Shown one piece after another: positions 44,011-54,467 of a DNA stretch of 64,000 bases. The position numbers and the translations under genes were made by a program. The notes below the pieces were generated by a model that was not told where the DNA came from, did no database searches, and saw nothing but the letters and a program-made list of their open reading frames with translations. This DNA comes from Candidatus Gastranaerophilales bacterium (GTDB lineage Bacteria > Cyanobacteriota > Vampirovibrionia > Gastranaerophilales > JAILCC01). Where the stretch lies: positions 121,639 to 185,638 of the forward strand of contig JAQVHS010000003.1 in NCBI GenBank assembly GCA_028696075.1. The letters are read 5' to 3'. Numbering within the stretch: position 1 is the first letter of the stretch; the number at the start of each line of letters is the position of its first letter.

Positions 44011-47000
44011 TTAAATTTCGTCTTCGTCGTCCAAAACTTGAAGTTCCGGGGCTCCGAACATTCCTTCGATTTCTTCAAGAATGGCAGAAGGCTTTCTTAT
44101 GTTAGCTCTTGCTGCTTTTCTCATAGCTTCTTCTTTTTCTTCAGAAGCATTTTGTAAGTGGTAGTAACCCGTACCTGCAGGAATCAAACGACCGATAATA
44201 ACGTTTTCTTTCAAACCTCTTAGCTGGTCTTTTTTACCTTCTACAGCTACTTCTGTTAATATTCTTGTTGTTTCCTGGAATGAAGCTGCCGAAATGAAGC
44301 TTTCCGTATTCAAGCTGGCTTTTGTAATACCAAGCAATACAGGGCTAAATTGAGCTAGAGCTTTACCTTCGGCTGTAACTTGTTCGTTTTGAACCTGAAC
44401 GTTATAAGATTCAGCCAATTCACCGGGCATTAATTGGGTATCACCTGCATCATCAATCTTAACTTTTCTGGTCATCTGACGAACAATAACTTCAATATGT
44501 TTATCGGCAATATCAACACCTTGTGAACGATATACCCTTTGTACCTCATCAACCAGATATTGTTGTACTGCTTCAGTTCCGTTTAATCTTACAATATCAT
44601 GGGGATTTAAAGGACCGCTTGTTAAAGCCTTACCTTTAGCAACTTTTTGCTTATCCGAAACAATAATGCTTGAATCAATCGTATACTTAATTTCACTTCT
44701 TCCGTTTTCTGTTACGAAGAATAAACGCGGAGCGCCTTCTTCGTATTCAATTTCAACAGTTCCGTCATCTTCCGCCAAAATAGCGCTTTCTTTAGGTTTT
44801 CTGGCTTCAAGAAGCTCTTCTACCCTAGGAAGACCCTGTACGATATCGCCTGTTTTTTGTCTTTCAAACACCAACGTTGCAAGTAAATCACCGCGCAGTA
44901 CCAAACCATGCTGTTCTACCAAAAGCTGAGTTGCCGGGCTTATCAAACAAGGACGTCCGTTTCTTATTACAACTTCACTTTTAGTTGATTTCAATATTTG
45001 ACCTGATACAGGAGCTTTTTCCCCGCTTTCGGTAATAATTTGGTCAGCCTTCACAAGGGTGCCTTCTTTTACCGAAAGTTTTGATTTAACAGGAACTGTT
45101 GTTTTATTCTTGTTTGATATAACAAGAAGTCTTCTTGCATCTTCTTTCTTTTTAACTTTTACAACACCTTCATTAATAGCTAATACCTGAGTTTTTGATA
45201 CAGGTGTCTTAGGTTTAATGTGTTGTCCGTCTTCCACAAGAAGTTCTGTTTGCATTGCACCCGCATTACCTGAAGTAGAATCAATTTCTCTTCTGATAAT
45301 AAGGTTTTCCAAGACCACAACCTTCAAATTGTCTGTGTCTTTATCCAGTTCTACCAATCCTTTTAGGTGATTTAAGTAGCCTTGCATAGTAAGAACTAAA
45401 CTTGTTCTTGTAAGACATGCGCCTTCTACATTTCTGATACGGCTGCCATCTCTGTATTGAAGCTGCGTAACAGGTACAATATCAATTTGACTGTCAGTAG
45501 AATTAAATTTAATTGAAACTTCTCTTGGTCCGATTTCAAATTCCTGAATAGGACGAAGAATTATATCAATATTTCTATCGGGAATTTCTGTTTCTTCTTC
45601 GATTTCCAAGTCTTCGTCTTCTATATCAAGAGTATTGTCATCAGCTTCATTAGATAAAATACATACTATGCTTTTTACCTTTGCCTTGACACCTTTAGCA
45701 ACTTCCTGACCGGCTTCAACAACTTCACCATCGTCAACTTTTAAATTATTTAAAGTATCAATGGTATGCATATCACCGGGACGAATAACAATTTCATGGA
45801 TAACTTCGTTGTATTCCTTGAACTCAACAATACCGTCGATATGAGCATAAATATCTTTAACAATCTCAGTACCTGATTTCACGTACGTACCTGATTGAAC
45901 CATTTTTAAATTCACATCTTTGTTTATTTGCTGAACTTCCTCAGGAACAAATACAACTCTTCCCGGATTAGTTATAATCTGATTTTCGTCAACCTCAATA
46001 CCGTCATAGCGAATTTCACCGCTCGTAGTTACAATATTTCTATCGTCAATAAGTTCTGCGATAATCATACCGTTCTCAACGATAATATCTTCAGGTGATT
46101 TGATAATATATTTTTCACCTGTTTTTGTAACATGCCACAAGGTTTCTTTCTTGGTTGTTTCTAAAACGGCGTTCTTTGGGGTAATTGAAGCAATTACAAT
46201 GGTTAATTCTTTGCCGCTTACAATCTTTTTAATTGTATTGCCTTTGGCAGATATTTGTTCAATTTCAATGTTATTACCTATACGAACCTCGCCGCCATGT
46301 TCTGAGATTGTAGTAGTTTCAGCCAAAACATCGCCCTTTTTAACTTCTTTGGCATCGTCGACAAGGATTTTAGAGCCGCCGGGTAAATTATAAACATCAC
46401 CCGAAAGTACCCAAATCGTACCGCTTTTGTTGGCAGTTCTTGAGATATTGCCTTGTCTGTCACGTTTTTCATCAACGCTGAAACCGTCAAAGACAATTTC
46501 TCCGCTTAAATCGGAAGTAATATCTTTTGTTGCTTTTTCCGTAAGACGAGCGCCATCACCTTGGCTCATTGTAGGCTCAAATTCAGCAATAATAGTACCC
46601 TTTTTAATTTTATCGCCTTCATTTACGAAAAGAGTAGCTCCGTAAGGAAGTTTGATTGCATGAACTTTGCCTGATTTATCTTCAATTTTTAAATCCACAG
46701 CTTTGGTTGTAACTTGTACTACATCACCGTGGCGGGTTCTCATATCACGTGTAGCCACTTTGGAAGTTACTTTGCCTTCAAATTCGGAATTTATTTGACG
46801 CATAGCAGCAGCACCTTTAAATACACCGCCTGTGTGGAAGGTTCTCATGGTAAGTTGTGTACCGGGCTCACCAATACTTTGGGCTGCAATAATACCTATT
46901 GCTTCTCCGATATCTACGGGTTTATTGGTAGTTAAAGACCAGCCATAGCATAACTGGCAAGCGCCAAATTCCAATTCACAAGTCAATGGAGAACGCACTA

Positions 47001-47865
47001 ACGCTTTTTCAATTTTATATTCGCTTACCTTTTTTACATCTTCTCTGTTTAAAGGCTGGTTAGCGGAAAGAATAACATTGCCGTCAGCATCAACTATATC
47101 TTTTGCCAAAGTACGACCTAAAAGTCTTTCTTCCAAAGTTACAACAATACTCTCACCATCAGAGATTGAAGCCATTTCAATACCGTTTGAAGTACCGCAA
47201 TCTTTTTCTCTGATAATTACGTCTTGAGCAACGTCAACAAGTCTTCTTGTCAAGTAACCCGAGTCAGCAGTTTTAAGGGCGGTATCAACCAGACCTTTCC
47301 TTGCTCCGTAGCTTGAAATAATATATTCGGTTACGCTTAACCCTTCTTTAAAGTTAGATTTGATAGGTAAGTCGATAATTTTACCTTGTGCATCTGCCAT
47401 CAAACCACGCATACCAACCAGCTGAGAAACCTGAGATACGTTACCTCTCGCGCCGGAGAATGCCATCATATAAACAGGGTTTGTACGGGAAAAGTTCTTT
47501 ACAACTTCATCCGTTAATTTGGCGGTTGTTTCACTCCAGGTATCAATAACTTTTGTATACCTTTCTACTTCGGTTATTTCTCCTTTTAAGAAACGGATTG
47601 TTGCTTTTTCAATCTCTTCTTCCGCTGATTTTAACATTTGTTTTTTTACTTCGGGTACGTCTAAATCCTGAATGGAAATAGTGGTACCGCCTTTAGTTGC
47701 ATACCTAAACCCTAGGTTTTTTAAAGAGTTAGCCAAATAAGCAGTTTTAGCGCCGCCAAGTTCAAGATATACCTGTGCAAGGAGGTTATTTAACGCTTTT
47801 TTATTAACTATTTTGTTAATAAAAGGCATTGTCTTTTTTTGTTTTCCTTTTATTGTAGTTGTCAT
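44011..47865 (-). CDS. rpoC2: DNA-directed RNA polymerase subunit beta' (C-terminal part, cyanobacterial-type RpoC2) with a large trigger-loop insertion
   Basis: AFSGARGN, the bridge-helix region GLVDTALKTADSGYLTRRL, the first trigger-loop half LTMRTFHTGGV (aa ~339-349), and the second half GDIVQGLPRVEELLEARKP (aa ~1006). That leaves about 650 aa between the halves. Confidence 0.95.
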   Translation of the reverse strand: MTTTIKGKQKKTMPFINKIVNKKALNNLLAQVYLELGGAKTAYLANSLKNLGFRYATKGGTTISIQDLDVPEVKKQMLKSAEEEIEKATIRFLKGEITEVERYTKVIDTWSETTAKLTDEVVKNFSRTNPVYMMAFSGARGNVSQVSQLVGMRGLMADAQGKIIDLPIKSNFKEGLSVTEYIISSYGARKGLVDTALKTADSGYLTRRLVDVAQDVIIREKDCGTSNGIEMASISDGESIVVTLEERLLGRTLAKDIVDADGNVILSANQPLNREDVKKVSEYKIEKALVRSPLTCELEFGACQLCYGWSLTTNKPVDIGEAIGIIAAQSIGEPGTQLTMRTFHTGGVFKGAAAMRQINSEFEGKVTSKVATRDMRTRHGDVVQVTTKAVDLKIEDKSGKVHAIKLPYGATLFVNEGDKIKKGTIIAEFEPTMSQGDGARLTEKATKDITSDLSGEIVFDGFSVDEKRDRQGNISRTANKSGTIWVLSGDVYNLPGGSKILVDDAKEVKKGDVLAETTTISEHGGEVRIGNNIEIEQISAKGNTIKKIVSGKELTIVIASITPKNAVLETTKKETLWHVTKTGEKYIIKSPEDIIVENGMIIAELIDDRNIVTTSGEIRYDGIEVDENQIITNPGRVVFVPEEVQQINKDVNLKMVQSGTYVKSGTEIVKDIYAHIDGIVEFKEYNEVIHEIVIRPGDMHTIDTLNNLKVDDGEVVEAGQEVAKGVKAKVKSIVCILSNEADDNTLDIEDEDLEIEEETEIPDRNIDIILRPIQEFEIGPREVSIKFNSTDSQIDIVPVTQLQYRDGSRIRNVEGACLTRTSLVLTMQGYLNHLKGLVELDKDTDNLKVVVLENLIIRREIDSTSGNAGAMQTELLVEDGQHIKPKTPVSKTQVLAINEGVVKVKKKEDARRLLVISNKNKTTVPVKSKLSVKEGTLVKADQIITESGEKAPVSGQILKSTKSEVVIRNGRPCLISPATQLLVEQHGLVLRGDLLATLVFERQKTGDIVQGLPRVEELLEARKPKESAILAEDDGTVEIEYEEGAPRLFFVTENGRSEIKYTIDSSIIVSDKQKVAKGKALTSGPLNPHDIVRLNGTEAVQQYLVDEVQRVYRSQGVDIADKHIEVIVRQMTRKVKIDDAGDTQLMPGELAESYNVQVQNEQVTAEGKALAQFSPVLLGITKASLNTESFISAASFQETTRILTEVAVEGKKDQLRGLKENVIIGRLIPAGTGYYHLQNASEEKEEAMRKAARANIRKPSAILEEIEGMFGAPELQVLDDEDEI

Positions 47866-47884
47866 TTATTATTACCTCTATCTT

Positions 47885-49600
47885 CTATGAATTTAATACT
47901 GCGTCGCGAACAACTTCGTTGAATAAAATCCTGCCGACAGTTGTTTCAATTTTTTTATTATTTTCATCTCTCACTAAAATCTTAGTATGTAAACCAACCA
48001 CACCTGCATCATGCGCAGTTAAGGCATCTTTAAAGTTACTAAAATTATATTTTGGTTTTTCTTTTTCATCTTCAATCAAAGTAAGGTAATACATACCCAA
48101 TACCATATCCTGAGATGGTGTAATAATAGGTCTGCCGGTAGCAGGAGCCAATATATTATTTGTAGCAAGCATTAACATTCTTGCTTCGGTTTGGGCTTCT
48201 ATTGACAGAGGAACGTGAACAGCCATCTGGTCTCCGTCAAAGTCAGCGTTAAACGCAGAACATACAAGCGGATGAAGTTGAATAGCCCGTCCTTCTACCA
48301 AAACAGGTTCAAAAGCTTGAATACCTAGTCTGTGAAGCGTTGGAGCACGGTTTAATAATACAGGGTGTCCGTCAATTACTTCTTCCAGGATATCCCAAAC
48401 TACGTTTTCAGATCTTTCTATTTTCTTTTTAGCCGATTTGATATTTTGAACCAAACCTCTTTCTATCAACTTATTAATAACAAAAGGTTTAAACAGTTCA
48501 ATTGCCATTTCTTTAGGCAAACCGCATTGATGAAGCTGAAGCTGCGGGCCTACTACAATAACGGAACGGCCTGAATAGTCAACCCTTTTACCTAAAAGGT
48601 TTTGTCTGAAACGGCCTTGTTTACCTTCAATAATATTACTTAATGATTTCAAAGGTCTGTTATTAGGTCCTACAACGGTTCTGCCTCTTCTGCCGTTATC
48701 AATCAAAGCATCAACAGCTTCCTGAAGCATTCTCTTTTCGTTTCTCACGATAATTTCAGGAGCGCCCATTTCCAATAATCTCAGTAAACGGTTATTCCTG
48801 TTGATAACTCTTCTGTATAAGTCATTAAGGTCAGAGGTGGCAAATCTTCCGCCGTCAAGTTGAACCATAGGTCTTAAATCGGGAGGAATAACGGGAAGCA
48901 CATCCATAATCATCCACGACGGGTCTGTTTCGCTTGCCATTAATGATTCGCATAATCTTAATCTTTTAATAATTTTTGCTCTTTTTTGTACGGAACTGCC
49001 TGAGTTAGCCAGCTGCTCTCTCAAGTCTTCAACTAATTCAGATATGCTTATTTCCGATAAAAGTTCTTTGACCGCTTCTGCACCAATTCCAACTTTAAGT
49101 TCGGATTCTTCATTTTCAAGTATGAAATCCTCGTACTCTTCTTCAGAAATCAATTGGAATTTTTTGAATTCACTGTCTGCAGGGTCTAAAACAATGTAGG
49201 CGTTAAAATAAATTACCTGTTCCAAATCACGCAAAGTCATATCAAGAACTAAGCCCAAGTAGCTTGGAATACCTTTTAAAAACCAAATATGGCTTACAGG
49301 CGCTGCAAGAGCAATATGTCCGAGTCTGTGGCGGCGGACTTTACTGTCTGTAACTTCAACACCGCAGCGTTCGCAGATAATACCTTTATGGCGAACTCTT
49401 TTATACTTACCGCAATAGCATTCCCAGTCTTTTGACGGTCCGAAAATTCTTTCGCAGAATAAACCGTCACGTTCAGGTTTTAATGTACGATAGTTAATGG
49501 TTTCAGGTTTTGTAACTTCACCGTAAGACCATTTTAAAATCCTTTCCGGGGATGCTATCGCTATTTTTATATAATCGAAATAATCAATACTAGTAGACAA
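47885..49600 (-). CDS. rpoC1: DNA-directed RNA polymerase subunit gamma (N-terminal part of beta', RpoC1)
   Basis: Zn finger [36 protein letters not shown], and catalytic NADFDGDQM. It ends 19 nt before the rpoC2 start. Confidence 0.95.
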   Translation of the reverse strand: MSTSIDYFDYIKIAIASPERILKWSYGEVTKPETINYRTLKPERDGLFCERIFGPSKDWECYCGKYKRVRHKGIICERCGVEVTDSKVRRHRLGHIALAAPVSHIWFLKGIPSYLGLVLDMTLRDLEQVIYFNAYIVLDPADSEFKKFQLISEEEYEDFILENEESELKVGIGAEAVKELLSEISISELVEDLREQLANSGSSVQKRAKIIKRLRLCESLMASETDPSWMIMDVLPVIPPDLRPMVQLDGGRFATSDLNDLYRRVINRNNRLLRLLEMGAPEIIVRNEKRMLQEAVDALIDNGRRGRTVVGPNNRPLKSLSNIIEGKQGRFRQNLLGKRVDYSGRSVIVVGPQLQLHQCGLPKEMAIELFKPFVINKLIERGLVQNIKSAKKKIERSENVVWDILEEVIDGHPVLLNRAPTLHRLGIQAFEPVLVEGRAIQLHPLVCSAFNADFDGDQMAVHVPLSIEAQTEARMLMLATNNILAPATGRPIITPSQDMVLGMYYLTLIEDEKEKPKYNFSNFKDALTAHDAGVVGLHTKILVRDENNKKIETTVGRILFNEVVRDAVLNS

Positions 49601-49637
49601 TTTTTTTCTCCTTTAAATTGGTATTAAGTCTATCAAA

Positions 49638-52600
49638 CTAATCGTTAAGTGTGCCGGGGGTTTCAAAGAAGTTGATATTCAACAACTCTGAATCGATGTC
49701 GCTAAGCGTTCTTTTCGGGGTCGACCTTTTAGAGTTCTCTGTATCGCTCATCAGGTCAACTTCCTGACCGCCTTTTTTAGCCACCGTAATATCCAAGCCT
49801 ATTGACTGTAACTCTCTAACGAGTACTTTAAATGACTCCGGAATACCGGGACGAGGGATATTATCGCCTTTAACGATTGCTTCATAGGCTCTGCTTCTAC
49901 CGTTAACATCGTCTGACTTAATTGTTAGCATTTCCTGAAGAGTGTAAGCGGCACCGTAAGCTTCAAGCGCCCAAACCTCCATCTCTCCGAATCTTTGTCC
50001 GCCAAACTGAGCTTTGCCGCCCAACGGCTGCTGTGTTACCAAACTGTACGGTCCGGTACTTCTTGCGTGAATTTTATCATCAACCAAGTGAACAAGCTTT
50101 AATATGTAAGTTAAACCTACAGACACAGGCTGGTCAAACGATTCACCGGTTCTTCCGTCATAAAGAATTACTTTTCCGTCTTCTCTAACCCAGTCAACTC
50201 CGGATTCTTTAATACCCTTTATAAGTTCTTCTGTAGTTGCATGACGAGACTGCTCCTCTCCGTACATTTCATCAAACGGAGGTGCAACATAGAATTCATC
50301 CCTTAAGTACGCTGCCAAACCGAGCAATGCTTCATAAGTTTGTCCAACGTTCATACGGGAAGGTACGCCAAGCGGGTTCAGAACTATATCAACAGGAGTT
50401 CCGTCAGGCAAGAACGGCATATCTTCTTTTGGAAGAATTCTGGAAACAATACCCTTGTTACCGTGGCGTCCTGCAAGCTTGTCGCCTACACTTATACGTC
50501 TTTTTTGCGCAACGTAAACTTTAACTACAGTATTAGCACCCGGTGGCAGTTCATCGCCTTTTTCCCTGTCGAATACTTTTACGTCTACAACCCTGCCGCC
50601 TTCACCATGAGGAACTTTAAGCGAGTTATCTCTCACATCTCTAGCTTTTTCGGCGAAGATTGCTCTTAAAAGTTTTTCTTCGGGCGGATGTTCGGATTCT
50701 CCTTTTGGAGTAATCTTACCAACCAAAATATCATCAGCGCTGACTTTAGCACCAACACGAACAATACCTCTTTCATCCAAGTGTCTTAAGCTTTCTTCCG
50801 ATACATTAGGAACTTCTCTTGTTATTTCTTCAGGTCCTAACTTGGTTTGTCTTGCGTCTATTTCAAGTTTTTCAATGTGAACACTTGTAAATATATCATC
50901 ATGTACCAAGCGTTCACTTAGAAGAATAGCATCCTCAAAGTTATATCCTTCCCAAGGCATGTAAGCTATCATTACGTTTTTACCTAACGATAGTTCGCCC
51001 AAATGGGTAGAAGCGCCATCCGCAAGTGCATCGCCTGTTGAAATTTTTTGACCTGTTTTTACAATAGGCTTTTGGTTCAAGCAGGTATCCTGATTGCTTC
51101 TCACGTATTTCATTAATTGATAAGTATGTATTTTATTATATTGGTCAACAATTTCTATTTCTTCGCCGTTTACACTGTGAACGATACCATCATGTTTAGA
51201 AACTACAACCATCCCTGAGTCCATAGCGGCACGTTTTTCCAAGCCCGTACCAACTCTGGGTCTTTCTGTAATTAAAAGCGGAACGGCTTGACGCTGCATG
51301 TTAGAACCCATCAAAGCTCTGTTTGCATCGTCATGTTCGATAAACGGAATTAACGATGTAGCTACCGAAATAACCTGTATAGGAGAAACACCTACATAGT
51401 CCACTTGTTTTGCGACACTCATTGTAAACTCCGATTTATAACGGACAGGTACAAACTCTGTCTTAATAGACTTATCGGGGTTTAATTCAATGTCATTAGG
51501 CGCTACACGGAAAGATTCCTCTTCATCGGCGCTTAAATAACGTACTTCATCCGTAACCACTCCGTTTTCACAGAGAAAATAAGGCGTTTCGATAAAACCA
51601 TAATCATTAACACGGGCATGTGTTGCCAAACTGCCTATCAAACCCGCGTTAGGTCCTTCAGGTGTTTCAACCGGACAAACTCTGCCGTATTGTGAAGGGT
51701 GAATATCACGAACTGCAAATCCGGCTCTTTCTCTTGATAATCCGCCGGGTCCCAAAGCTGAAATTCTTCTTTTGTGAGTTAGTTCCGCCAAAGGATTTGT
51801 CTGGTCCATAAATTGTGATAATTGAGAAGAACCGAAAAACTCTCTCAAAGCCGCAACCAAAGGTTTCGTATTCAAAAGGTTGTACGGAGTAAGAGTTTCT
51901 GCATCCTGCAGTGTCATTCTTTCTTTTACAATTCTTTCCAATCTTGATAAACCTATTCTGAATTGGTTTTGAAGAAGTTCTCCGACGGAGCGGATTCTCC
52001 TGTTTCCCAAGTGGTCAATATCATCAAGATTTCCTTCATCATAAGTAAGGTTAATTAAGTATTCAATAGCGGCAACAATATCTTGAATAGTAAGAGTTCT
52101 TGTATGTTCCGCTACGTTCAAACCTAATTTTTTATTCATTTTATAACGGCCTACTTTGCCGATATCATATTTTTTCTCGTCAAAGAAACGGCTTTCGATG
52201 ATTGATTTACCGCCTGCAGCGCTGGCAGGGTCGCCGGGTCTTAATTTCTTATAGACTTCAATCAACGCATCTTCAGTCGTTTCGGTTGTGTCTTTATCTA
52301 AAGTCTTTCTTAAATATTCACTGTGGCTGAATAAAGATTCCATTTCCTGCGTGCTTATGCCAAGCGCTTTTAAGAGTGTTGAAGCTAAGATTTTTCTGTT
52401 TTTATCAATCTTAACGTGAATCACATCATTGCTGTCGGTTTCTATTTTAAGCCATGCTCCTCTGTTAGGAATTAATGTGGCATTATAAAGCCTTTTACCT
52501 GTAGGTGAAACTTCAACTTTGTAGTAGATACCCGGAGAACGAACGATTTGGTTAACTATAACCCTTTCTGCGCCGTTAACGATAAACGTACCTTTGTCGG

Positions 52601-52952
52601 TCATGGTCGGTATATCACCAATGTAAACTTCTTGTTCTTTAATTTCACCGGTATCCCGGTTTACCAAACGCATCATAATTCTTAATTGTTTTGCGTAAGT
52701 TGCATCGTGTATTCTTGCCTCTTCAATTGTATATTTTGCATTGTCAAACGTGTAGTTTGGCAAAAAGTGAAGCTCCAATTTACCTGTATAGTCTTTAATA
52801 GGGGAGAAAGAAAGCAATTCTTCCTTCAAACCCTCTGTTAAAAACCATTCAAAAGATTTCTTCTGAACTTCAATCAAGTCCGGAAGGTCATCCAGTCTGG
52901 TTGTAGGCATCCCCATCGGAGTAATTCTCTGTTTATGTTCTGTTATTGTCAT
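49638..52952 (-). CDS. rpoB: DNA-directed RNA polymerase subunit beta
   Basis: [15 protein letters not shown] (the Rif region), the PEGPN[AI]GLI-type motif ([14 protein letters not shown]), [12 protein letters not shown] and [12 protein letters not shown]. Confidence 0.97.
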   Translation of the reverse strand: MTITEHKQRITPMGMPTTRLDDLPDLIEVQKKSFEWFLTEGLKEELLSFSPIKDYTGKLELHFLPNYTFDNAKYTIEEARIHDATYAKQLRIMMRLVNRDTGEIKEQEVYIGDIPTMTDKGTFIVNGAERVIVNQIVRSPGIYYKVEVSPTGKRLYNATLIPNRGAWLKIETDSNDVIHVKIDKNRKILASTLLKALGISTQEMESLFSHSEYLRKTLDKDTTETTEDALIEVYKKLRPGDPASAAGGKSIIESRFFDEKKYDIGKVGRYKMNKKLGLNVAEHTRTLTIQDIVAAIEYLINLTYDEGNLDDIDHLGNRRIRSVGELLQNQFRIGLSRLERIVKERMTLQDAETLTPYNLLNTKPLVAALREFFGSSQLSQFMDQTNPLAELTHKRRISALGPGGLSRERAGFAVRDIHPSQYGRVCPVETPEGPNAGLIGSLATHARVNDYGFIETPYFLCENGVVTDEVRYLSADEEESFRVAPNDIELNPDKSIKTEFVPVRYKSEFTMSVAKQVDYVGVSPIQVISVATSLIPFIEHDDANRALMGSNMQRQAVPLLITERPRVGTGLEKRAAMDSGMVVVSKHDGIVHSVNGEEIEIVDQYNKIHTYQLMKYVRSNQDTCLNQKPIVKTGQKISTGDALADGASTHLGELSLGKNVMIAYMPWEGYNFEDAILLSERLVHDDIFTSVHIEKLEIDARQTKLGPEEITREVPNVSEESLRHLDERGIVRVGAKVSADDILVGKITPKGESEHPPEEKLLRAIFAEKARDVRDNSLKVPHGEGGRVVDVKVFDREKGDELPPGANTVVKVYVAQKRRISVGDKLAGRHGNKGIVSRILPKEDMPFLPDGTPVDIVLNPLGVPSRMNVGQTYEALLGLAAYLRDEFYVAPPFDEMYGEEQSRHATTEELIKGIKESGVDWVREDGKVILYDGRTGESFDQPVSVGLTYILKLVHLVDDKIHARSTGPYSLVTQQPLGGKAQFGGQRFGEMEVWALEAYGAAYTLQEMLTIKSDDVNGRSRAYEAIVKGDNIPRPGIPESFKVLVRELQSIGLDITVAKKGGQEVDLMSDTENSKRSTPKRTLSDIDSELLNINFFETPGTLND

Positions 52953-53168
52953 TGCAAACCTCTTCTAATAATGTTGCACATAGTATTATTTTTTAACTGT
53001 AAAAGTCGTACATGATACCATAATAAATGGTACTTCAAAAAACATGATAGTCAAGTACTCGGGCATTAGCCTGAGTACTTTAACCATCAAAATATTAAAT
53101 TGTATTTTTTATCCGTAAATTTCATAACACCATTAATTAACTACCGTAAAAGTAAATTAATTTGGTGT

Positions 53169-53543
53169 TTATTTGAATTCAACCGTAGCACCAAGTTCTT
53201 CTAATTTAGCTTTGATAGCGTCAGCTTCTTCTTTTTTAACAGATTCTTTAACTGGTTTAGGAGCGCCGTCAACTAAATCTTTAGCTTCTTTTAATCCTAA
53301 TCCCGTGATAGTTCTAACTTCTTTAAGAACGTTGATTTTATTAGCACCTGCGCTGACTAAAACAACCGTAACTTCTGAAGCTTCTTCAGCAGCAGCTTCT
53401 GTAGCGGCAGCCGGAGCAGCAGCAACTGCAACAGGAGCAGCGGCGCTAACACCAAATTTTTCTTCCATAGCTTTTACTAATTCAGCAGCTTCAATAAGAG
53501 TTAATTTTTCGATTTTTTCTAAAATTTCAACAACTGTAGACAT
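53169..53543 (-). CDS. rplL: 50S ribosomal protein L7/L12
   Basis: An Ala-rich hinge and the C-terminal domain [35 protein letters not shown]. Confidence 0.95.
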   Translation of the reverse strand: MSTVVEILEKIEKLTLIEAAELVKAMEEKFGVSAAAPVAVAAAPAAATEAAAEEASEVTVVLVSAGANKINVLKEVRTITGLGLKEAKDLVDGAPKPVKESVKKEEADAIKAKLEELGATVEFK

Positions 53544-53573
53544 TTTTTAATTCTCCTTTATATCTTTCTTAAC

Positions 53574-54095
53574 TTACGCACTTTTTTGTTGTCTAACTTG
53601 ATCTATAGCACGAACCAATGCACTTATTACACCGTTTGTACAACCAACAATACCTGATGCGGGTGAGTTGATACTTCCGAGTAATTTTGCAATAAGTTCT
53701 TCTTTGCTTGGCAATGATGACAAGGATTTAACCTCTGCTTCGTTTAACAATTTGCCATCTAATGCGCCGCCTTTTGCAGCAGCTTTTTCAAATTCTTTTG
53801 TGAATTTTGCAAGGACTTTTGCAGGCGCTACCTGGTCTTCAAAACCAAATGCAATTGCGCTGGGTCCTTTAAGAACATCTTTTAAGCACTCAAATTCCGT
53901 GCCTTCAATAGCTTTGATTGCAAGTGTGTTCTTTAACACCGTATAATCAGAACCTTCTTTTTGAAGCGCTCTTCTTAATTCGGTAATTTCAGCAACACTC
54001 AATCCTGTAGGATTGCTTACAATTGCAACTTTTGCTTTTGAAAAAGATTCTTTAATTTGTTCGATTTTTTCATTTTTTTGAGCTTTTGTTGCCAT
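53574..54095 (-). CDS. rplJ: 50S ribosomal protein L10
   Basis: MATKAQKNEKIEQIKESF... is a typical L10 N-terminus. AGGGAG lies ~10 nt upstream of this ATG. The ORF track extends 13 codons further, to 54134. Confidence 0.9.
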   Translation of the reverse strand: MATKAQKNEKIEQIKESFSKAKVAIVSNPTGLSVAEITELRRALQKEGSDYTVLKNTLAIKAIEGTEFECLKDVLKGPSAIAFGFEDQVAPAKVLAKFTKEFEKAAAKGGALDGKLLNEAEVKSLSSLPSKEELIAKLLGSINSPASGIVGCTNGVISALVRAIDQVRQQKSA

Positions 54096-54330
54096 TTGCG
54101 TCTTTATCTCCCTTCTTTGGGGTGGCATAGCCACATAGTAATTGTGTTCGGTTTAACTTGAGGCAGAAATCCGGTGATATTAAAACCGCCGGTTCCGAGG
54201 CATTAAAAAACCTGCTTTGAGGCAGGTGAGATTGAATTAAAAGTTAGTGTAATTAATTTATTAATTTAACTTTTGAAACCTCGATTGGCGATTTCTCTTT
54301 AAAGAACCGTTCAAGAATACAAGCTCAAAA
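54096..54330 (-). promoter_or_regulatory. rplJ 5' leader with an intrinsic-terminator-like hairpin (candidate L10-type autoregulatory attenuator)
   Basis: On the minus strand, ACCTGC-ctcaaa-GCAGGT followed by TTTTTT (54204-54228) lies ~110 nt upstream of the rplJ start. No minus-strand gene lies upstream, because uvrB diverges. GC-rich pairing segments lie between the hairpin and the start. Confidence 0.45.
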
Positions 54331-54467
54331 CTTACTACCTCTTGCCGGTTCGACCAATTGTCTGCGACCTCAAGTAATAATCTAAAATAAACATAGTTGA
54401 AATGCAAGCGGTTTTTTAAAAACTTCCGTTAATGCAATGAGTAAATATAGGTGATAAGATATTAATC

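Noticed and set aside
47866-47884. The rpoC1/rpoC2 junction as a frameshift, pseudogene or assembly error splitting rpoC.
   Set aside because: The split falls where cyanobacterial-type rpoC1/rpoC2 genes are divided. Both parts have their own stop and start with a 19-nt spacer, and all catalytic motifs are intact.
53173-53550. A 125-aa ORF fully antisense to rplL.
   Set aside because: It is a mirror-image artefact of the Ala/Glu/Lys-rich rplL coding sequence (its translation is Ala/Ser/Thr low complexity). rplL itself is unambiguous.
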